Positions 39,985-52,130 of a stretch of 64,000 bases of DNA are shown here, one piece after another. Below the pieces are notes generated by a model that saw only the letters and a program-made list of their open reading frames with translations, made no database searches and was not told the DNA's origin. The stretch comes from Phenylobacterium sp. (GTDB taxonomy: Bacteria > Pseudomonadota > Alphaproteobacteria > Caulobacterales > Caulobacteraceae): NCBI RefSeq assembly GCF_030680185.1, contig NZ_JAUXVZ010000039.1:3466-67465 (forward strand), written 5' to 3'. How positions within the stretch are numbered: position 1 is the stretch's first letter; each line of letters starts with the position of its first letter. Position numbers and translations under genes: made by a program.

Positions 39985-40476
39985 ATGACCTTTTTCATGA
40001 CCCCCGAATTCTGGGTTCTGGTCGCCGTCCTGATCTTCTTCGGGCTGCTGATCTATCTGAAGGTGCCTGCGGCCATGGCCAAGGCCCTGGACGCCCGCGC
40101 CGAGCGGATCCAGGCCGAGCTTGACGAAGCCCAGCGCCTGCGGGCCGAGGCCGAGCGCCTGCTGACCGAGATCAAGGCTCAGCGCGAAGAGACCGAACGC
40201 CTGGCCGCCGACATGATGGCCCAGGCCAAGGAAGACTCCGAGCGCATGCGCAAGGACGCGGCGGTGAAGCTGGAAGAGCAGATCGCCCGCCGCACCGAGA
40301 TGGCCGAGCGCAAGATCGCCAGCGCCGAAGCCCAGGCCATGGCCGACGTGAAGGCGGCCGCCGCCGACATGGCCGCCGAAGCCGCCCGCAGCGTGCTGTC
40401 GGCTCGCCTGGCCGTGGCCACGACCGATCCCCTGGTGGACCGGGCGATCGGCCAGATGGCTTCTAAACTACAATAG
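39985..40476 (+). CDS. atpF: F0F1 ATP synthase subunit b
   Basis: [27 protein letters not shown]. Confidence 0.92.
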   Translation: MTFFMTPEFWVLVAVLIFFGLLIYLKVPAAMAKALDARAERIQAELDEAQRLRAEAERLLTEIKAQREETERLAADMMAQAKEDSERMRKDAAVKLEEQIARRTEMAERKIASAEAQAMADVKAAAADMAAEAARSVLSARLAVATTDPLVDRAIGQMASKLQ

Positions 40477-40885
40477 TCGAGGCTCTGCGCCGGCGTCGAA
40501 ACAGACGCCGGCTGCGGACCGCCACCCGGTAGCGCCGCGGGATGATCAGGCGCTCGGTTCTCAGCATCATCTGCCAGGCCACCGGCGCCACCTCCGGCCG
40601 ACGCTTCAGCAGCCGGCGTACGGGGCTCAGCGTCCGAGGATGGGCGCGCTGGAAGCGCACAAAGGCCCGCCGGGCCTTGTAGGAATTGCGCAGAATAATC
40701 ATCAGGCCGACGGCCGCCACCGGCAGGCCCATGGGCCCCGGCAGAGGGGCGATCAGCACGCCCGCCAGGACGATCAGCCCACCCAGCCCCACCAGCCCAA
40801 GCCGCAGCAGCCGGCGCAGCATCTGGCCGACGCCGCCGGGGGCGGAGGTGTGGCCATGAGGCCGCGCGGAGAGGGCGAGAGACAC
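40463..40885 (-). CDS. PGPGW-like membrane protein
   Basis: [12 protein letters not shown] followed by a basic tail; start uncertain (40822 possible). Confidence 0.65.
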   Translation of the reverse strand: MSLALSARPHGHTSAPGGVGQMLRRLLRLGLVGLGGLIVLAGVLIAPLPGPMGLPVAAVGLMIILRNSYKARRAFVRFQRAHPRTLSPVRRLLKRRPEVAPVAWQMMLRTERLIIPRRYRVAVRSRRLFRRRRRASTIVV

Positions 40886-41015
40886 GCTTGCAAACCTGGG
40901 ATCGCGCGCGGTCAGACCCGTTCGGGGAGGCAGGGCCCCCGCGCGCTCTCCTCATATGTGCCGCGTCAGGCTGAAAGTAAGGCGACAGCCGGCCGCTTTC
41001 TGGGCCTTGCCGCTG

Positions 41016-42596
41016 CTATTCTGCGGCGAGCGGCGCCGGCGCCACACCTGACTCCGGTTTCCAGGTGAGGCGGGGCTTGCGGGCGGCCAGGGTTTCGTCC
41101 AGCCGGCGCATGGGGGCGAGGTAGGGCGCGCCCTTGAAGCGGTCCACATCGCCGGCCTTGGCCGCCTGGGCGAGCGCCACCAGGGCGTCGCAGAAACGAT
41201 CCAGTTCCTGCTTGGACTCCGTCTCGGTGGGCTCGATCAACATCGCCCCATGCACCACCAGCGGGAAGTACATGGTCATGGGATGGAAGCCCTCGTCGAT
41301 CATCGCCTTGGCGAAGTCCAGCGTGGTGACGCCGGTCCCCTCCAGCCAGGAGTCGTCGAACAGGGCCTCATGCATGCAGGGGCCGTCAGGGAAGGCCGGC
41401 GTCATCACGCCCGAAAGCCGGGCCTTGATATAGTTGGCGTTGAGGACGGCGTCCTCGGCCACCTGCCGCAGGCCGTCGGCCCCATGGCTGCGCATATAGG
41501 CGTAGGCGCGCACGAACATGCCCATCTGGCCGTGGAAGGCGCTCATCCGCCCGAAGGCCTGGGCGGCCTCTTCCACCGTCTCCTCGACGAGGGTCAGGCC
41601 GTTCGCCCCGTGCACCACCCAGGGCGCCGGCGCAAACGGCGCCAGGGCTTCGGAGAGCACCACGGGTCCCGCGCCTGGACCGCCGCCGCCGTGCGGGGTG
41701 GAGAAGGTCTTGTGCAGGTTGATGTGCATGGCGTCGACGCCCAGGTCGCCGGGGCGAACCCGACCGACGATGGCGTTGAAGTTGGCCCCGTCACAGTAGA
41801 AGTAGGCGCCCGCCTCATGAGTCAGCCGGGCGATCTCGATAATGTCGCGCTCAAACAGGCCACAGGTGTTGGGATTGGTGACCATGATGGCCGCCACGTC
41901 GGGGCCGAGCTTGGCGGCCAGATCGGCCAGATCCACCCGGCCGTCCTCGGTCTGGGCGATCTCGGTCACCGAATAGCCGACGAAGGCGGCGGTGGCCGGG
42001 TTGGTCCCGTGCGCCGAGGTCGGCACCAGGACCCGGCGGCGCGGATCGCCCTTCGCCTCGTGCGCGGCGCGGATGGCCAGCAGACCGCACAACTCCCCAT
42101 GGGCGCCGGCCTTGGGCGACAGGGCGACGGCCGGCATGCCGGTCAAGGTCTTGAGCCAGTGCGACAGACGGTCCATCAGGGCCAGGGCGCCCTGGACGGT
42201 GGGCAGGGGCGCCATGGGGTGCAGGTCGGCGAACCCGGCCAGCCGCGCCATCTTCTCGTTCAGGCGCGGATTGTGCTTCATCGTGCACGAGCCCAGGGGA
42301 TAGAGGGCCAGGTCGATGGCGTGGTTCTTCTGCGACAGGCGCACATAGTGGCGCATGGCCTCAGGCTCCGAGAGGCCGGGCAGGCCGATCGGGGCGCTAC
42401 GGGCCAGATCCCCCAGGTCGGAGCCATCGAGGTCGGCCTCGGGCAGGTCGACGCCGGTCTTGGTCCAGCCGTCCCGCTCGAAGATCAGGGCCTCATCCTG
42501 CAGCAGGCCGCGGCCGCCGGTCAGGGAGGCGAATTCGGCCGCCAGGGGCTGCACATCCTCGGGCCGGGTGGGCCGGCCGACATTCTGCATGGTCAT
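41016..42596 (-). CDS. gcvPB: Glycine dehydrogenase subunit 2
   Basis: [39 protein letters not shown]. Confidence 0.96.
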   Translation of the reverse strand: MTMQNVGRPTRPEDVQPLAAEFASLTGGRGLLQDEALIFERDGWTKTGVDLPEADLDGSDLGDLARSAPIGLPGLSEPEAMRHYVRLSQKNHAIDLALYPLGSCTMKHNPRLNEKMARLAGFADLHPMAPLPTVQGALALMDRLSHWLKTLTGMPAVALSPKAGAHGELCGLLAIRAAHEAKGDPRRRVLVPTSAHGTNPATAAFVGYSVTEIAQTEDGRVDLADLAAKLGPDVAAIMVTNPNTCGLFERDIIEIARLTHEAGAYFYCDGANFNAIVGRVRPGDLGVDAMHINLHKTFSTPHGGGGPGAGPVVLSEALAPFAPAPWVVHGANGLTLVEETVEEAAQAFGRMSAFHGQMGMFVRAYAYMRSHGADGLRQVAEDAVLNANYIKARLSGVMTPAFPDGPCMHEALFDDSWLEGTGVTTLDFAKAMIDEGFHPMTMYFPLVVHGAMLIEPTETESKQELDRFCDALVALAQAAKAGDVDRFKGAPYLAPMRRLDETLAARKPRLTWKPESGVAPAPLAAE

Positions 42597-43939
42597 CGGC
42601 CGATCCTCCGGGCCAGGGCCTGGGCGAAGGCGTCGATATCCTCGTCCAGGGTCATTTCAGTGGCGGCGCACAGCAGGACGTCGTCCAGGCCCGCATGAGG
42701 GTCCAGGCGCGAGAAGGGCACGCCGGCGACGACACCGTCGTCCAGCAGGCCCTCGACCATGGCCGCAGCCTCGCCGGGCAGGCGCACGGCGATCTCGTTG
42801 AAGAACCGCTTGGTCAGCACCTCGACCCCCTCGATGGCGCCGAGCGCCTGGGCCAAGCGACGGGCCTTGGCGTGGTTGATGGCCGCGAGCTGACGCAGGC
42901 CCACCTCGCCCAGCAGGGTCAGATGGATGGTGAAGGCCAGCGCGCAGAGCCCCGAATTGGTGCAGATGTTCGAGGTCGCCTTTTCCCGCCGGATATGTTG
43001 CTCGCGGGTGGAGAGCGTCAGGACGAAGCCCCGGCGACCCTCGGCGTCGACGGTCTCGCCGCACAGGCGGCCAGGCATCTGCCGGACCAGTTTTTCGCGG
43101 CAGGCGAACAGGCCGATATAGGGGCCGCCGAAATTCAGGGCGTTGCCGATCGACTGGCCCTCGGCCACCGCGATGTCGGCGCCCATCTCGCCGGGCGACT
43201 TGAGCAGGCCATAGGACACCGCCTCGGTGGTCACCACGATCAGCAGCGCGCCAGCCTTGTGGGCGGCCTCGGCGATGGCGGTGACGTCGGTGGCGACGCC
43301 AAAGACATTGGGGGTCTGGACCACGACGCAGGCGGTTTCGGCGTCGATGGCGTCCACCACCGCGGCCTCGGCGTCGATGGCGACGGTCTGGCGGACGATG
43401 TCCATGCCCTCGGCATGGGCGATGGTCTGGGTGGTGGCGGCATAGTGGGGATGCAGGCCGCCGGACAGGATGGCCTTCTTCCGACGGGTCACGCGCCGGG
43501 CCATCATCACCGCCTCGGCGCAGGCGGTGGAGCCGTCGTACATGGACGCATTGGCCACATCGAGGCCGGTGAGCGCGGCCACCTGGGTCTGGAACTCGAA
43601 CAGCACCTGCAAGGTGCCCTGGGCGATCTCGGGCTGGTAGGGGGTGTAGCTGGTCAGGAATTCCGAGCGCTGGATGATGTGGTCCACCGTCGCCGGCACA
43701 TGGTGGCGATAGGCGCCCGCGCCGCAGAAGAACGGCCCGGCCCCGGCCGAGCGGTTCAGAGCCGCCAGCCCTACAAGCTCACGCTCCACCTCCAGCTCGC
43801 CCGCATGGTCGGGCAGATCGAAGGTTTCGGACTTGCGCGCAGCCGCCGGCACATCGGCGAACAGGTCATCAATAGTCGCAGCGCCGATCACGCCCAGCAT
43901 CTGGGCGCGGTCGTCGGGCGTGAGCGGCAGGTAACGCAT
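42593..43939 (-). CDS. gcvPA: Glycine dehydrogenase subunit 1
   Basis: [35 protein letters not shown]. Confidence 0.96.
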   Translation of the reverse strand: MRYLPLTPDDRAQMLGVIGAATIDDLFADVPAAARKSETFDLPDHAGELEVERELVGLAALNRSAGAGPFFCGAGAYRHHVPATVDHIIQRSEFLTSYTPYQPEIAQGTLQVLFEFQTQVAALTGLDVANASMYDGSTACAEAVMMARRVTRRKKAILSGGLHPHYAATTQTIAHAEGMDIVRQTVAIDAEAAVVDAIDAETACVVVQTPNVFGVATDVTAIAEAAHKAGALLIVVTTEAVSYGLLKSPGEMGADIAVAEGQSIGNALNFGGPYIGLFACREKLVRQMPGRLCGETVDAEGRRGFVLTLSTREQHIRREKATSNICTNSGLCALAFTIHLTLLGEVGLRQLAAINHAKARRLAQALGAIEGVEVLTKRFFNEIAVRLPGEAAAMVEGLLDDGVVAGVPFSRLDPHAGLDDVLLCAATEMTLDEDIDAFAQALARRIGR

Positions 43940-43944
43940 GGGGC

Positions 43945-44310
43945 TTACAGGCTCTCCAGGAAGGCGTCGTAGGCGGCGCGGTCCATCAGCGCCTCATAGG
44001 CCGACGGATCGGCGATCTTGACCTTGGCGAACCAGCCGCCGGCTTCGGGCGCCTGGTTGACCGTTTCCGGCGCGTCGGCCAGGACGGCGTTGGCCTCGAC
44101 CACCTCGCCCGACAGGGGAGCGTAGACGTCCGAAGCGGCCTTGACGCTCTCGACCACGGCCAGGCCTTCGCCGGCGCTGACGGTCTTGCCAACCTCAGGG
44201 GTCTCGACGAAGACCACGTCGCCCAGCTGCTCGGCGGCGTAGGCGGTGATCCCGATGGTGGCCACGTCGCCGTCGAGGGCGACCCATTCGTGATCCTTGG
44301 TGAAGCGCAT
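43945..44310 (-). CDS. gcvH: Glycine cleavage system H protein
   Basis: [20 protein letters not shown] lipoyl motif. Confidence 0.96.
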   Translation of the reverse strand: MRFTKDHEWVALDGDVATIGITAYAAEQLGDVVFVETPEVGKTVSAGEGLAVVESVKAASDVYAPLSGEVVEANAVLADAPETVNQAPEAGGWFAKVKIADPSAYEALMDRAAYDAFLESL

Positions 44311-44326
44311 TGCGGACATTCCTTCT

Positions 44327-45436
44327 CTAGACCTTGCGCACGTAGCGATGGGGGACGAACGGGGTGGCGACCACCTGGGCGGCCTGGGCCCTGCCCCGCA
44401 CGATGACTTTCAGTTCCGTCCCGGCGGCGGCCAGCGACGGCGGCACAAATCCAAGGGCGATGGGATAACCAAGGCTGGGGGCGAAGCCGCCCGAGGTGAC
44501 GACGCCCACCACCTTGCCCTCGGCGTCGGCGATCTCGGCGCCTTCCCGGGCCGGCGCGCCCTCGACCTTCAGGCCGACAGCCTTGCGGGCGACCTCACCG
44601 GCCAGTTCGGCGGCGATGCGGCTGGCGCCGGGGAAGTCGCGGGCGTCGCGGCGCTTCTTGGACACCGCAAAGCCAAGACCGGCTTCGATGGGCGACACCG
44701 TCTCATCCAGATCGTGGCCATAGAGCGGGAGCCCGGCCTCCAGCCGCAGGCTGTCACGGGCGCCCAGGCCGATGGGTCGGACCCGCTCATCGGCCAACAG
44801 GGTGTTCCAGATGCGCAACGCGGCCTCGCCCGGCACGGAGATCTCGTAGCCGTCCTCGCCGGTATAGCCCGAGCGCGAGATGATGGCGTCCACGCCAAAG
44901 GCTGGGATCGCCGCGGTCTCCATGAAGGCCAGTTTTGCGGCGTCCGGCGCATGAATGGCCAGCACCTCGGCGGCTTTCGGCCCCTGCAGGGCCATCAACG
45001 CCCGGTCCTCCAGGCGATCGATTCGCACCTGGCCGGCCAGTTCGTCGTCGATGACCTTGAAATCGTTTTCCTTGCAGGCGCCGTTGACCACCACGAACAG
45101 CCCATCGTCATCGGGACGCCCGGCCATCAGGTCGTCGATGATGCCGCCCTTCTTGTTCAGAAGGACGGAATAGCGCTGCTTACCGGGCTTCAGGCCGATG
45201 AAATCGCCCGGCGTGACCTCCTCGAAGGCCGACAGGGGCGAGACGCCGCGTAGGCGGGCCTGACCCATATGGGAGACGTCGAACAGGCCGGCGCTCTCGC
45301 GGGTCCAGAGGTGCTCCTTGAGCACCCCATCCTTGTACTGCACCGGCATGGAATAGCCCGCGAACGGAACCATCCGGGCGCCGGCCTCGAGATGGGCGGC
45401 GTGAAGGGGCGTCAGTTTAAGCGTCTCGTCCGACAC
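44327..45436 (-). CDS. gcvT: Glycine cleavage aminomethyltransferase
   Basis: [31 protein letters not shown]. Confidence 0.96.
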   Translation of the reverse strand: MSDETLKLTPLHAAHLEAGARMVPFAGYSMPVQYKDGVLKEHLWTRESAGLFDVSHMGQARLRGVSPLSAFEEVTPGDFIGLKPGKQRYSVLLNKKGGIIDDLMAGRPDDDGLFVVVNGACKENDFKVIDDELAGQVRIDRLEDRALMALQGPKAAEVLAIHAPDAAKLAFMETAAIPAFGVDAIISRSGYTGEDGYEISVPGEAALRIWNTLLADERVRPIGLGARDSLRLEAGLPLYGHDLDETVSPIEAGLGFAVSKKRRDARDFPGASRIAAELAGEVARKAVGLKVEGAPAREGAEIADAEGKVVGVVTSGGFAPSLGYPIALGFVPPSLAAAGTELKVIVRGRAQAAQVVATPFVPHRYVRKV

Positions 45437-45499
45437 GGCGGGCCTCCGGCTGATGATTCGACGCGCCGGGGCCTTGGTCGCCCATTCTCGACACGCGCC

Positions 45500-45700
45500 C
45501 CCGCTGTCCCTGAGCCTGAGAGATTTAGAGGCGGACGATCATGTCCGCGCCCATTGCTCCTTCGGCGAGCCCTACCTTTCGGCGGGCTGCTTTCCAGCGT
45601 TCATCAGCTCTTCGCGGTCCGTTTGCCTGAGCGTTTCCGGGGCGGTTGCGCCTTCGGCGCCGGGCCAGACGAACCCGGTCTCTCCCGCGAGGAGTCCTCG
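45500..45700 (-). ncRNA. Tandem glycine riboswitch
   Basis: Minus strand: GCGGGAGAGA..CGCCGAAGGCGCAA..AAACGCTCAGG then CTGGAAAG..CGCCGAAGGAGCAA..AATCTCTCAGG..GACAG; directly upstream of gcvT. Confidence 0.93.
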
Positions 45701-45785
45701 GAAACTCCGCGATCACCCGTTGGGAGTCAACGCGCAAAGTTCGCGCGGCGGCATGGCGCATCGCCACGCCCAGTTATGCGCCGTT

Positions 45786-45826
45786 GCGCCCGCCCGAACG
45801 ACTCCAGCGGGCGCTCGGGCGGGCGC
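45786..45826. terminator. GC-rich inverted repeat downstream of arsI
   Basis: GCGCCCGCCCGA ... TCGGGCGGGCGC, 12-bp perfect arms, no U tract. Confidence 0.4.
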
Positions 45827-45836
45827 GCTGGGATGG

Positions 45837-46298
45837 TCAGCAGCAGGCCGCGGCGGGCTCTTGCGCTTTGGGCTCGGCGCCACAGCAGGCCGCCGCAGGG
45901 GCTTCCATGGCCGGGACGTCGTCCTCGCCATAGGTGGTCGCCTCGCCAAAGGTGTGGAAGGTCTCCCAGCGCAGTCCCGACGGATCGCTGACCCAGGACT
46001 TGTCCGACCGGGCATAGCAGCAGGTGGCCGCTTCCTGGTCGAAGGTGGTCTCGCCGGCCGCCTTGAGACGTTCGGCCAGCACCGTCAGTTCGTCGCCCTC
46101 GTCCACCTGGATGCCCAGATGATCGACGCCAACGCGCCCGCCGTGGGTGGAGATGGCGAAGTTCACCTTCGGATCGTCCAACTGCCACTTGGCGTAGTCG
46201 TCCTTCACCACTGTGGGCTGGGCGCCGAACAGGGTGGCGTAGAACTGGGTGGAGCGGTCCAGGTCCTCGACCGAGACGTGCACATGCAGACGCTTCAT
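45837..46298 (-). CDS. ArsI/CadI family VOC metalloenzyme
   Basis: RLHVH, VDHLG, ATCCYARSDKSW, WETF, C-terminal ACC. Confidence 0.9.
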   Translation of the reverse strand: MKRLHVHVSVEDLDRSTQFYATLFGAQPTVVKDDYAKWQLDDPKVNFAISTHGGRVGVDHLGIQVDEGDELTVLAERLKAAGETTFDQEAATCCYARSDKSWVSDPSGLRWETFHTFGEATTYGEDDVPAMEAPAAACCGAEPKAQEPAAACC

Positions 46299-46654
46299 GC
46301 GGGCATTCCTTCTTTCTGATCGCAACAGGATTGAGCGGCCGCGGCCGCAACGGGGTCGCAGACCTCTGGGCGGCCCTGGCAGCAGTCCTGCATCAGGTAG
46401 AGGAGCAGGTCCCCCATGCCGTCATAGTCGGCGCTATAGATGATCGATCGCCCGTCCCGACGGGACTTGGCCAGGCCGGCATTGGTCAGGATGCTGAGCT
46501 GGGCCGAGAGGGTATTGGGGGCGACATTGGCCGCCCGGGCCAGATCGCCGGCCGGCAGGCCCCCGTCGCCGGACTGAACCAGCAGACGAAAGACTTCCAG
46601 GCGGCCCTGTTGAGCCAGGGCGGACAGACGCTTGAGGGCGGTATCGATTTCCAT
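46295..46654 (-). CDS. arsR: ArsR repressor with C-terminal Cys-Cys..Cys site
   Basis: ALAQQGRLEVFRLLV, NTLSAQL, QDCCQGRPEVC. Confidence 0.88.
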   Translation of the reverse strand: MEIDTALKRLSALAQQGRLEVFRLLVQSGDGGLPAGDLARAANVAPNTLSAQLSILTNAGLAKSRRDGRSIIYSADYDGMGDLLLYLMQDCCQGRPEVCDPVAAAAAQSCCDQKEGMPA

Positions 46655-46674
46655 AATTCAACAATTATGGAAAT
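46647..46674. promoter_or_regulatory. ArsR operator (12-4-12 perfect inverted repeat)
   Basis: ATTTCCATAATT-CAAC-AATTATGGAAAT overlapping the arsR start codon. Confidence 0.8.
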
Positions 46675-46693
46675 GATGAAGTTAGGTCAAGGC

Positions 46694-47029
46694 TCAGATG
46701 ACCGGCGATCGCGGTCCAAAGAGGATGACGCCTGCGCCGACCAGGCAGATGCAGACGCCGATCAGATCCCAGCGGTCTGGGCGCACCCCCTCCACCGCCC
46801 ACAGCCAGACCAGGGCCGAGGCGATATAGACCCCGCCATAGGCGGCGTAGGTCCGGCCGGCATGCTCGGCATCGACCAGGGTCAGCAGCCAGGCGAAAAG
46901 GGCCAGACTGGCCATTCCAGGGATGAGCCAGAGGATGCTCTGGCCCTGGCGCAGCCAGGCCCAGAAGGCGAAGCAGCCGGCGATCTCGGCGATCGCCGCG
47001 CCCAGATAGGTCAACAGCCAGAACTTCAT
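46694..47029 (-). CDS. ynfA: YnfA/UPF0060 family small membrane protein
   Basis: [30 protein letters not shown]. Confidence 0.9.
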   Translation of the reverse strand: MKFWLLTYLGAAIAEIAGCFAFWAWLRQGQSILWLIPGMASLALFAWLLTLVDAEHAGRTYAAYGGVYIASALVWLWAVEGVRPDRWDLIGVCICLVGAGVILFGPRSPVI

Positions 47030-47060
47030 GCGTCCCTCCGCCCATGCCGGGCGTTGAAGA

Positions 47061-48860
47061 CTACATGCGTTCGGGCGTCTCGATACCCAGCAGGTCCAGG
47101 GCGAGCTCAAGCTGCTGCAGGGTGACCTTGGCCAGGGCCAGGCGCGAGGCCTTGACCGGCGGCTCGGCGATCAGGATCGGACAGGCCGCATAGAAGCGCG
47201 AAAAGGCCTGGGCCAGCTTGTAGGCGTGATCGGCGATGAAGTTAGGCGCCTTGCGCTCATAGGCTTCAGCCAGGGCCTGGTCGAAGGCGTCCAGCAACAG
47301 GACGAGCTCGCGCTCGGCCGGTTCGGCCACCTGGATCTCGCCGCCAGCCACGCCTTCGTCGGCGGCCTTGCGCAGCACCGATTTCACCCGCACCGCCTGA
47401 TAGAGCAGATAGGGGCCGGTCTTGCCCTCGAAGCTGGTGAAGCGATCGAGGTCGAACACGTAGGAGGTGCCGCGGAAGTTCTGCAGGTCGGCGAACTTCA
47501 GGGCGGCGACTGCAACCTTGTGGGCGGTGGCCTCGAAGGCATCGGGGTCGAGACCCGCGCCGAGGTCGGCCTCTTTCAGACGCTCGCGGGCCTTGTCGCG
47601 AGTCATCTCGATCAGGTCGTGCAGCTTCAGCACACCGCCTTCGCGGGTCTTGAAGGGCTTGCCGTCCGTACCGTTCATGGTGCCGAAGCCGATATGCTCC
47701 AGCGCCCCCTCCTTGGCGTAGCCGGCCAGGTAGGCCGCCCGGAAGACGATCTCGAAATGGTCGGCCTGGCGCTGGTCCACCACATAGAGGACGTGGTGGG
47801 GATCAAAGCCCTGCTTGCGGTCGAGAATGGTGGCGAGATCGGTCGTGCCGTACATGGCCGAGCCTTCGGACGACACCACCAGCAGGGGCGGCAGCTCGCG
47901 CTTGTCGCCCTGGCGGTTCACGCGAATGATCCGGGCGCCCTGGTCCTCGACCAGCAGGGCCTTGGCCTCCAGGTCCTTGACCATGTCCGGGATCAGGGGA
48001 TCGGCGTCGCTCTCCCCCTTCCAGAGGTCGAAGTCCACGCCGATGGCGTGGAAGTCCCGCGCCAGCGCCACCTGGGTCACCCGAGCAAAGTGACGCCACA
48101 GGAGGTGGTAGCCTGGATTGTGCGCCTGCAGCTCGGCGGTGAGCTTGCGCGCCCGGTCGCGATAGTCGGGATCTTCCTTCCCCCTGGCCGCAGCCATGGG
48201 ATAGAGCCGGTCCAGGTCCGCCAGGCTGACCCGCTCGTCCAGGGCCTTGAAGGCCTGGGCCTCGTCTTCAGGGGTCAGGGGCGTGGTGCGGGCGTTGACC
48301 TGCTCGACCAGCCTGGCGACGAAGGCGTCTTCGTCGCAGACCGCCCCGATCAGCAGCCCCATCTGATAGCCCCAGTCGCCGAAGTGGGCGTCGCCAACCA
48401 CCTCGTCGCCGCGGAACCGGTAGAGCCGCTTGATCGCCTCGCCGATGATGGACGAGCGCAGATGGCCCACATGCATGGGCTTGGCGACATTGGGGCCGCC
48501 ATAGTCCACCAGCACCCGCCGCGGCGTCTCCACCAGGGCTGCGCCCAGACGGGAATCGGCGGCCAGTTCATTGGCCCGGACCGCAAGGGCGTCCGGCGCC
48601 ACGCGCATATTGATGAAGCCCAGGCCGGCGATCTCCACCGAGGCCAGGCGCGGGTCTTTGGCCAACTCCGCCACGACGCCCGCGGCGATCTCGCGGGGGT
48701 CGCGGCGCGCCTTCTTGGCGGCCGCCAGGGCGCCGTTGCATTGGAAGTCGGCCAGGTCAGGCCGGTCGGACGGCGTCACACGGCCAAGCTCGGCCGGCAG
48801 ACCCGCAGCGGCGAAGGCGGCCGAAACCGCCTCCCCCAAGCCCCTCTTCAGGTCGGTCAT
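47061..48860 (-). CDS. argS: Arginine--tRNA ligase
   Basis: [38 protein letters not shown]. Confidence 0.95.
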   Translation of the reverse strand: MTDLKRGLGEAVSAAFAAAGLPAELGRVTPSDRPDLADFQCNGALAAAKKARRDPREIAAGVVAELAKDPRLASVEIAGLGFINMRVAPDALAVRANELAADSRLGAALVETPRRVLVDYGGPNVAKPMHVGHLRSSIIGEAIKRLYRFRGDEVVGDAHFGDWGYQMGLLIGAVCDEDAFVARLVEQVNARTTPLTPEDEAQAFKALDERVSLADLDRLYPMAAARGKEDPDYRDRARKLTAELQAHNPGYHLLWRHFARVTQVALARDFHAIGVDFDLWKGESDADPLIPDMVKDLEAKALLVEDQGARIIRVNRQGDKRELPPLLVVSSEGSAMYGTTDLATILDRKQGFDPHHVLYVVDQRQADHFEIVFRAAYLAGYAKEGALEHIGFGTMNGTDGKPFKTREGGVLKLHDLIEMTRDKARERLKEADLGAGLDPDAFEATAHKVAVAALKFADLQNFRGTSYVFDLDRFTSFEGKTGPYLLYQAVRVKSVLRKAADEGVAGGEIQVAEPAERELVLLLDAFDQALAEAYERKAPNFIADHAYKLAQAFSRFYAACPILIAEPPVKASRLALAKVTLQQLELALDLLGIETPERM

Positions 48861-49540
48861 GGGTTGGCTTGCGTGGTCCCGGTGGCCACGTCGGTCCCGA
48901 CGTCGATACGGAAGCGCTTCCCGGCCCGGTTGAACTCGGCCATCTCGGGCGTGACGTCAAAGCCGACCAGGACCTCGAAGTTGGCGCCGCTGGTGGTGAG
49001 CTGCGCCCGCGGGATCACGATGCCCTCCACCATCTGGCGGACATAGGTGCGATCCTCGCCCGGACGGAAGGTGACCGGCAGATCGAAATATTCCTTGGCG
49101 ATGACCGCGTCGTTACGCTTGGTCACCGCGACCCAGTAGCGATAGGTCTTCTGCGATCCCTGGGCGGTGGGGCCGCGGCCGAGCTCGAACAGGAGCTCCA
49201 TCATCACCTGAATCGGCTCCTCGTTCTCATAGGAACAGCCGGCCGAAATTCCCTGGATCTCGCCGGAATAGCCCACGGCGGCGGAAGCCTCCTGGCCGCC
49301 GGCGAACTCCACATAGCGCCCGGCGTCATAGAGCACCTTCACATAGGGGCACGGACCGGCGTTGCGCAGTTGCGGCAGGGGCGCCTGGCGGTCGCCCCAC
49401 TCGGTCTGGCGCTGCCGACGGTCGCTGGCCTGCTCGGAGCGGCCCTCCGGGGTTTGGCTGCGCCCCTGGGCCAGGCTCTCCGCCGGGAAGGAGCCGGCGG
49501 CGAGCGCCAGGGTAAGAGCGGCAAGCAGGTAACGGCGCAT
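48857..49540 (-). CDS. Conserved exported hypothetical protein
   Basis: Signal peptide [35 protein letters not shown]; 4-nt overlap with argS. Confidence 0.75.
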   Translation of the reverse strand: MRRYLLAALTLALAAGSFPAESLAQGRSQTPEGRSEQASDRRQRQTEWGDRQAPLPQLRNAGPCPYVKVLYDAGRYVEFAGGQEASAAVGYSGEIQGISAGCSYENEEPIQVMMELLFELGRGPTAQGSQKTYRYWVAVTKRNDAVIAKEYFDLPVTFRPGEDRTYVRQMVEGIVIPRAQLTTSGANFEVLVGFDVTPEMAEFNRAGKRFRIDVGTDVATGTTQANP

Positions 49541-49658
49541 CAGACGTCCAGAATTGTCGGCGCGGGGGCCCCGCGCATGCAAGGCCTGTACTAATGGTTC
49601 TCGATTGAGGCCGCAACGCGGCTGGCGGCGGGGGCTGCAAACCCCTAACTTCAAGACC

Positions 49659-50636
49659 ATGAATCCTGCCCTCGATCCCGCCCCGATCCGAACGCCCCTG
49701 ACCGTCCTTCTGGCCGCGCCCCGCGGGTTCTGCGCCGGCGTCGACCGGGCGATCCAGATCGTTGAGCGGGCCATCGAGAAATACGGGGCGCCGGTCTATG
49801 TGCGCCATGAGATCGTCCATAACCGCCATGTGGTCGATCGGCTGCGCAGCCTGGGCGCGGTGTTCGTCGAGGAGTTGGACGAATGCCCCGACGACCGCCC
49901 CGTGGTGTTTTCGGCCCACGGCGTGCCAAAGTCGGTCCCGGCCGAGGCCGGACGTCGGCAGATGCTCTATCTGGACGCCACCTGCCCGCTGGTCTCCAAG
50001 GTCCATGTGGAGGCCCAGCGCCACTATGAGGCCGGCAAGGAGATCGTCCTCATCGGCCATGCCGGCCACCCGGAGGTGATCGGCACCATGGGGCAGCTGC
50101 CGGACGGCGTCGTCACCCTGATCGAGACGGTGGAGGACGCCCAGGCGTTCACGCCCAAGGATCCGGCCAACCTCGCCTTCGCCACCCAGACCACGCTCTC
50201 GGTTGACGATACGGCCGGCATTGTCGGCGCCCTGCGCGCCCGCTTCCCCCAGATGGCCGCCCCCCACAAGGAGGACATCTGCTACGCCACGACCAACCGC
50301 CAGGAGGCGGTGAAGTCGGTCTCGGCCCGGGCCGACGTGCTGCTGGTGATCGGCTCGGCCAATTCTTCGAACTCGGTGCGTCTGGCCGAGGTGGGGGCCC
50401 GCGCCGGCTGCGTGGCGCACCTGATCGACGACGCCAGCGCCCTGGACTTCGCCTGGCTCGACGGCGCCCAGACCGTGGGCGTCACCGCCGGCGCCTCGGC
50501 GCCCGAGGATCTGGTTCAGGGGGTGATCGACAAGCTGGCCGAACGCTTCGACCTGACCATCGAAATGGAAGAGGCGGCCCGCGAAGCGGTGACCTTCAAG
50601 CTGCCGCGGCTGTTGAGCGAGGCAGAGACGGCCTAG
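49659..50636 (+). CDS. ispH: 4-hydroxy-3-methylbut-2-enyl diphosphate reductase
   Basis: [29 protein letters not shown]. Confidence 0.96.
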   Translation: MNPALDPAPIRTPLTVLLAAPRGFCAGVDRAIQIVERAIEKYGAPVYVRHEIVHNRHVVDRLRSLGAVFVEELDECPDDRPVVFSAHGVPKSVPAEAGRRQMLYLDATCPLVSKVHVEAQRHYEAGKEIVLIGHAGHPEVIGTMGQLPDGVVTLIETVEDAQAFTPKDPANLAFATQTTLSVDDTAGIVGALRARFPQMAAPHKEDICYATTNRQEAVKSVSARADVLLVIGSANSSNSVRLAEVGARAGCVAHLIDDASALDFAWLDGAQTVGVTAGASAPEDLVQGVIDKLAERFDLTIEMEEAAREAVTFKLPRLLSEAETA

Positions 50637-50712
50637 GTCGGCTACGTAAAATACGGTTGCGGGAGCGGGTCTGTCTTGACCGCGCCTGCGGCCTCCCCCA
50701 TGCCCGGCGGCC

Positions 50713-51678
50713 ATGGCCGTCTATACCGACATCTCCGACGAAGAGCTCGCCGAGCTGCTCGCCCGCTATGACCTGGGGGCGGCGCAGACCTTCAAGGGCA
50801 TCGCCGAAGGCGTGGAGAACTCCAACTTCCTGCTGGAGACCGACCGTGGCCGCTTCATCCTGACAATCTATGAGCGTCGGGTGCAGCCTGAAGACCTGCC
50901 CTTCTTCCTCGGCCTGATGCATTGGCTGGCCGATCACGACTACCCCTGCGCCACGCCCATGGCTGGCCGCGACGGGGAGCTGATCCAGAGCGTCCGCGGC
51001 AAGCCCGCGGCCATTGTCGGCTTCATGCCGGGCCTGTCGGTGCGCCGCCCCACGGCCCGCCATTGCCGGGAGGCCGGCGAGGGCCTGGCCCGCCTGCACC
51101 TGGCGGCCGAGGGCTTTCCCATGGGCCGGGCCAATGATCTGGGCCATGAGGCCTGGGGTCCGCTGTTCGCCGGCCTGAAGGGCGCGGCCGAGGACCTGAA
51201 GCCGGGCCTGGCCGCGACCATCGACGCCGACCTGGCGCACCTGGCGGCCCACTGGCCGACGGGCCTGCCCGAAGGCGTCATCCACGCCGACTATTTCCCC
51301 GATAACGTTTTCTTCCAGGGCGAGCAGTTCGCCGCGGCCATCGACTTCTATTTCGCCTGCGTCGACGCGCTCGCCTATGACATCGCCGTGGCGCTGAACG
51401 CCTGGTGCTTCGAGGCCGACGGCAGCTTCAACATCACCAGCGCCCGGGCCCTGGTGGCGGGCTATGAAGCTCACAGGCCCCTCACCGACGCCGAGCGGAA
51501 CGCCCTGCCGATCCTGGCGCACGGGGCGGCCATGCGCTTCTTCCTGACGCGGCTGAACGACTGGGGCGCGACGCCGGCCGGCGCCCTGGTGCGGCCCAAG
51601 GACCCTCTGGAATACGAGCGCAAGCTGGCGGTCCATCGCAGCGCCACAGACCTCGTGCTGTTCGGGGATCGCCCGTGA
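50713..51678 (+). CDS. thrB: Homoserine kinase (type II)
   Basis: [32 protein letters not shown]. Confidence 0.94.
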   Translation: MAVYTDISDEELAELLARYDLGAAQTFKGIAEGVENSNFLLETDRGRFILTIYERRVQPEDLPFFLGLMHWLADHDYPCATPMAGRDGELIQSVRGKPAAIVGFMPGLSVRRPTARHCREAGEGLARLHLAAEGFPMGRANDLGHEAWGPLFAGLKGAAEDLKPGLAATIDADLAHLAAHWPTGLPEGVIHADYFPDNVFFQGEQFAAAIDFYFACVDALAYDIAVALNAWCFEADGSFNITSARALVAGYEAHRPLTDAERNALPILAHGAAMRFFLTRLNDWGATPAGALVRPKDPLEYERKLAVHRSATDLVLFGDRP

Positions 51679-52121
51679 CGCCGCAGGTCACGGTGTTCAC
51701 CGACGGCGCCTGCAGCGGAAATCCTGGCCCCGGCGGCTGGGGCGCGATCCTGATCTTCGGCGAGCGGGAGAAGGAGATCAGCGGCGGCGAGCCGGCGACC
51801 ACCAACAACCGCATGGAGATGATGGCCGCCATCCAGGCGCTGGAGACGTTGAACCGTCCCTGCCGCGTCGAGCTGCACACCGACAGTCAGTATGTGATGA
51901 AGGGCATCACCGAATGGCTGCCCGGCTGGAAGGCCCGCGGCTGGAAGACGGCCGCCAAGGCGCCGGTCAAGAACGCCGACCTCTGGAAACGGCTGGACGA
52001 GGCGCGCCTGCGCCATCAGGTCGACTGGCGCTGGGTGAAGGGCCATGCCGGCCACGTTCTGAACGAACGGGCCGACGCCCTGGCCCGCAAGGGCTTGAAG
52101 GACGCCCAGGCCCTGGCCTGA
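51675..52121 (+). CDS. rnhA: Ribonuclease HI
   Basis: [37 protein letters not shown]. Confidence 0.96.
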   Translation: MTPQVTVFTDGACSGNPGPGGWGAILIFGEREKEISGGEPATTNNRMEMMAAIQALETLNRPCRVELHTDSQYVMKGITEWLPGWKARGWKTAAKAPVKNADLWKRLDEARLRHQVDWRWVKGHAGHVLNERADALARKGLKDAQALA

Positions 52122-52130
52122 GCGCGCGCT

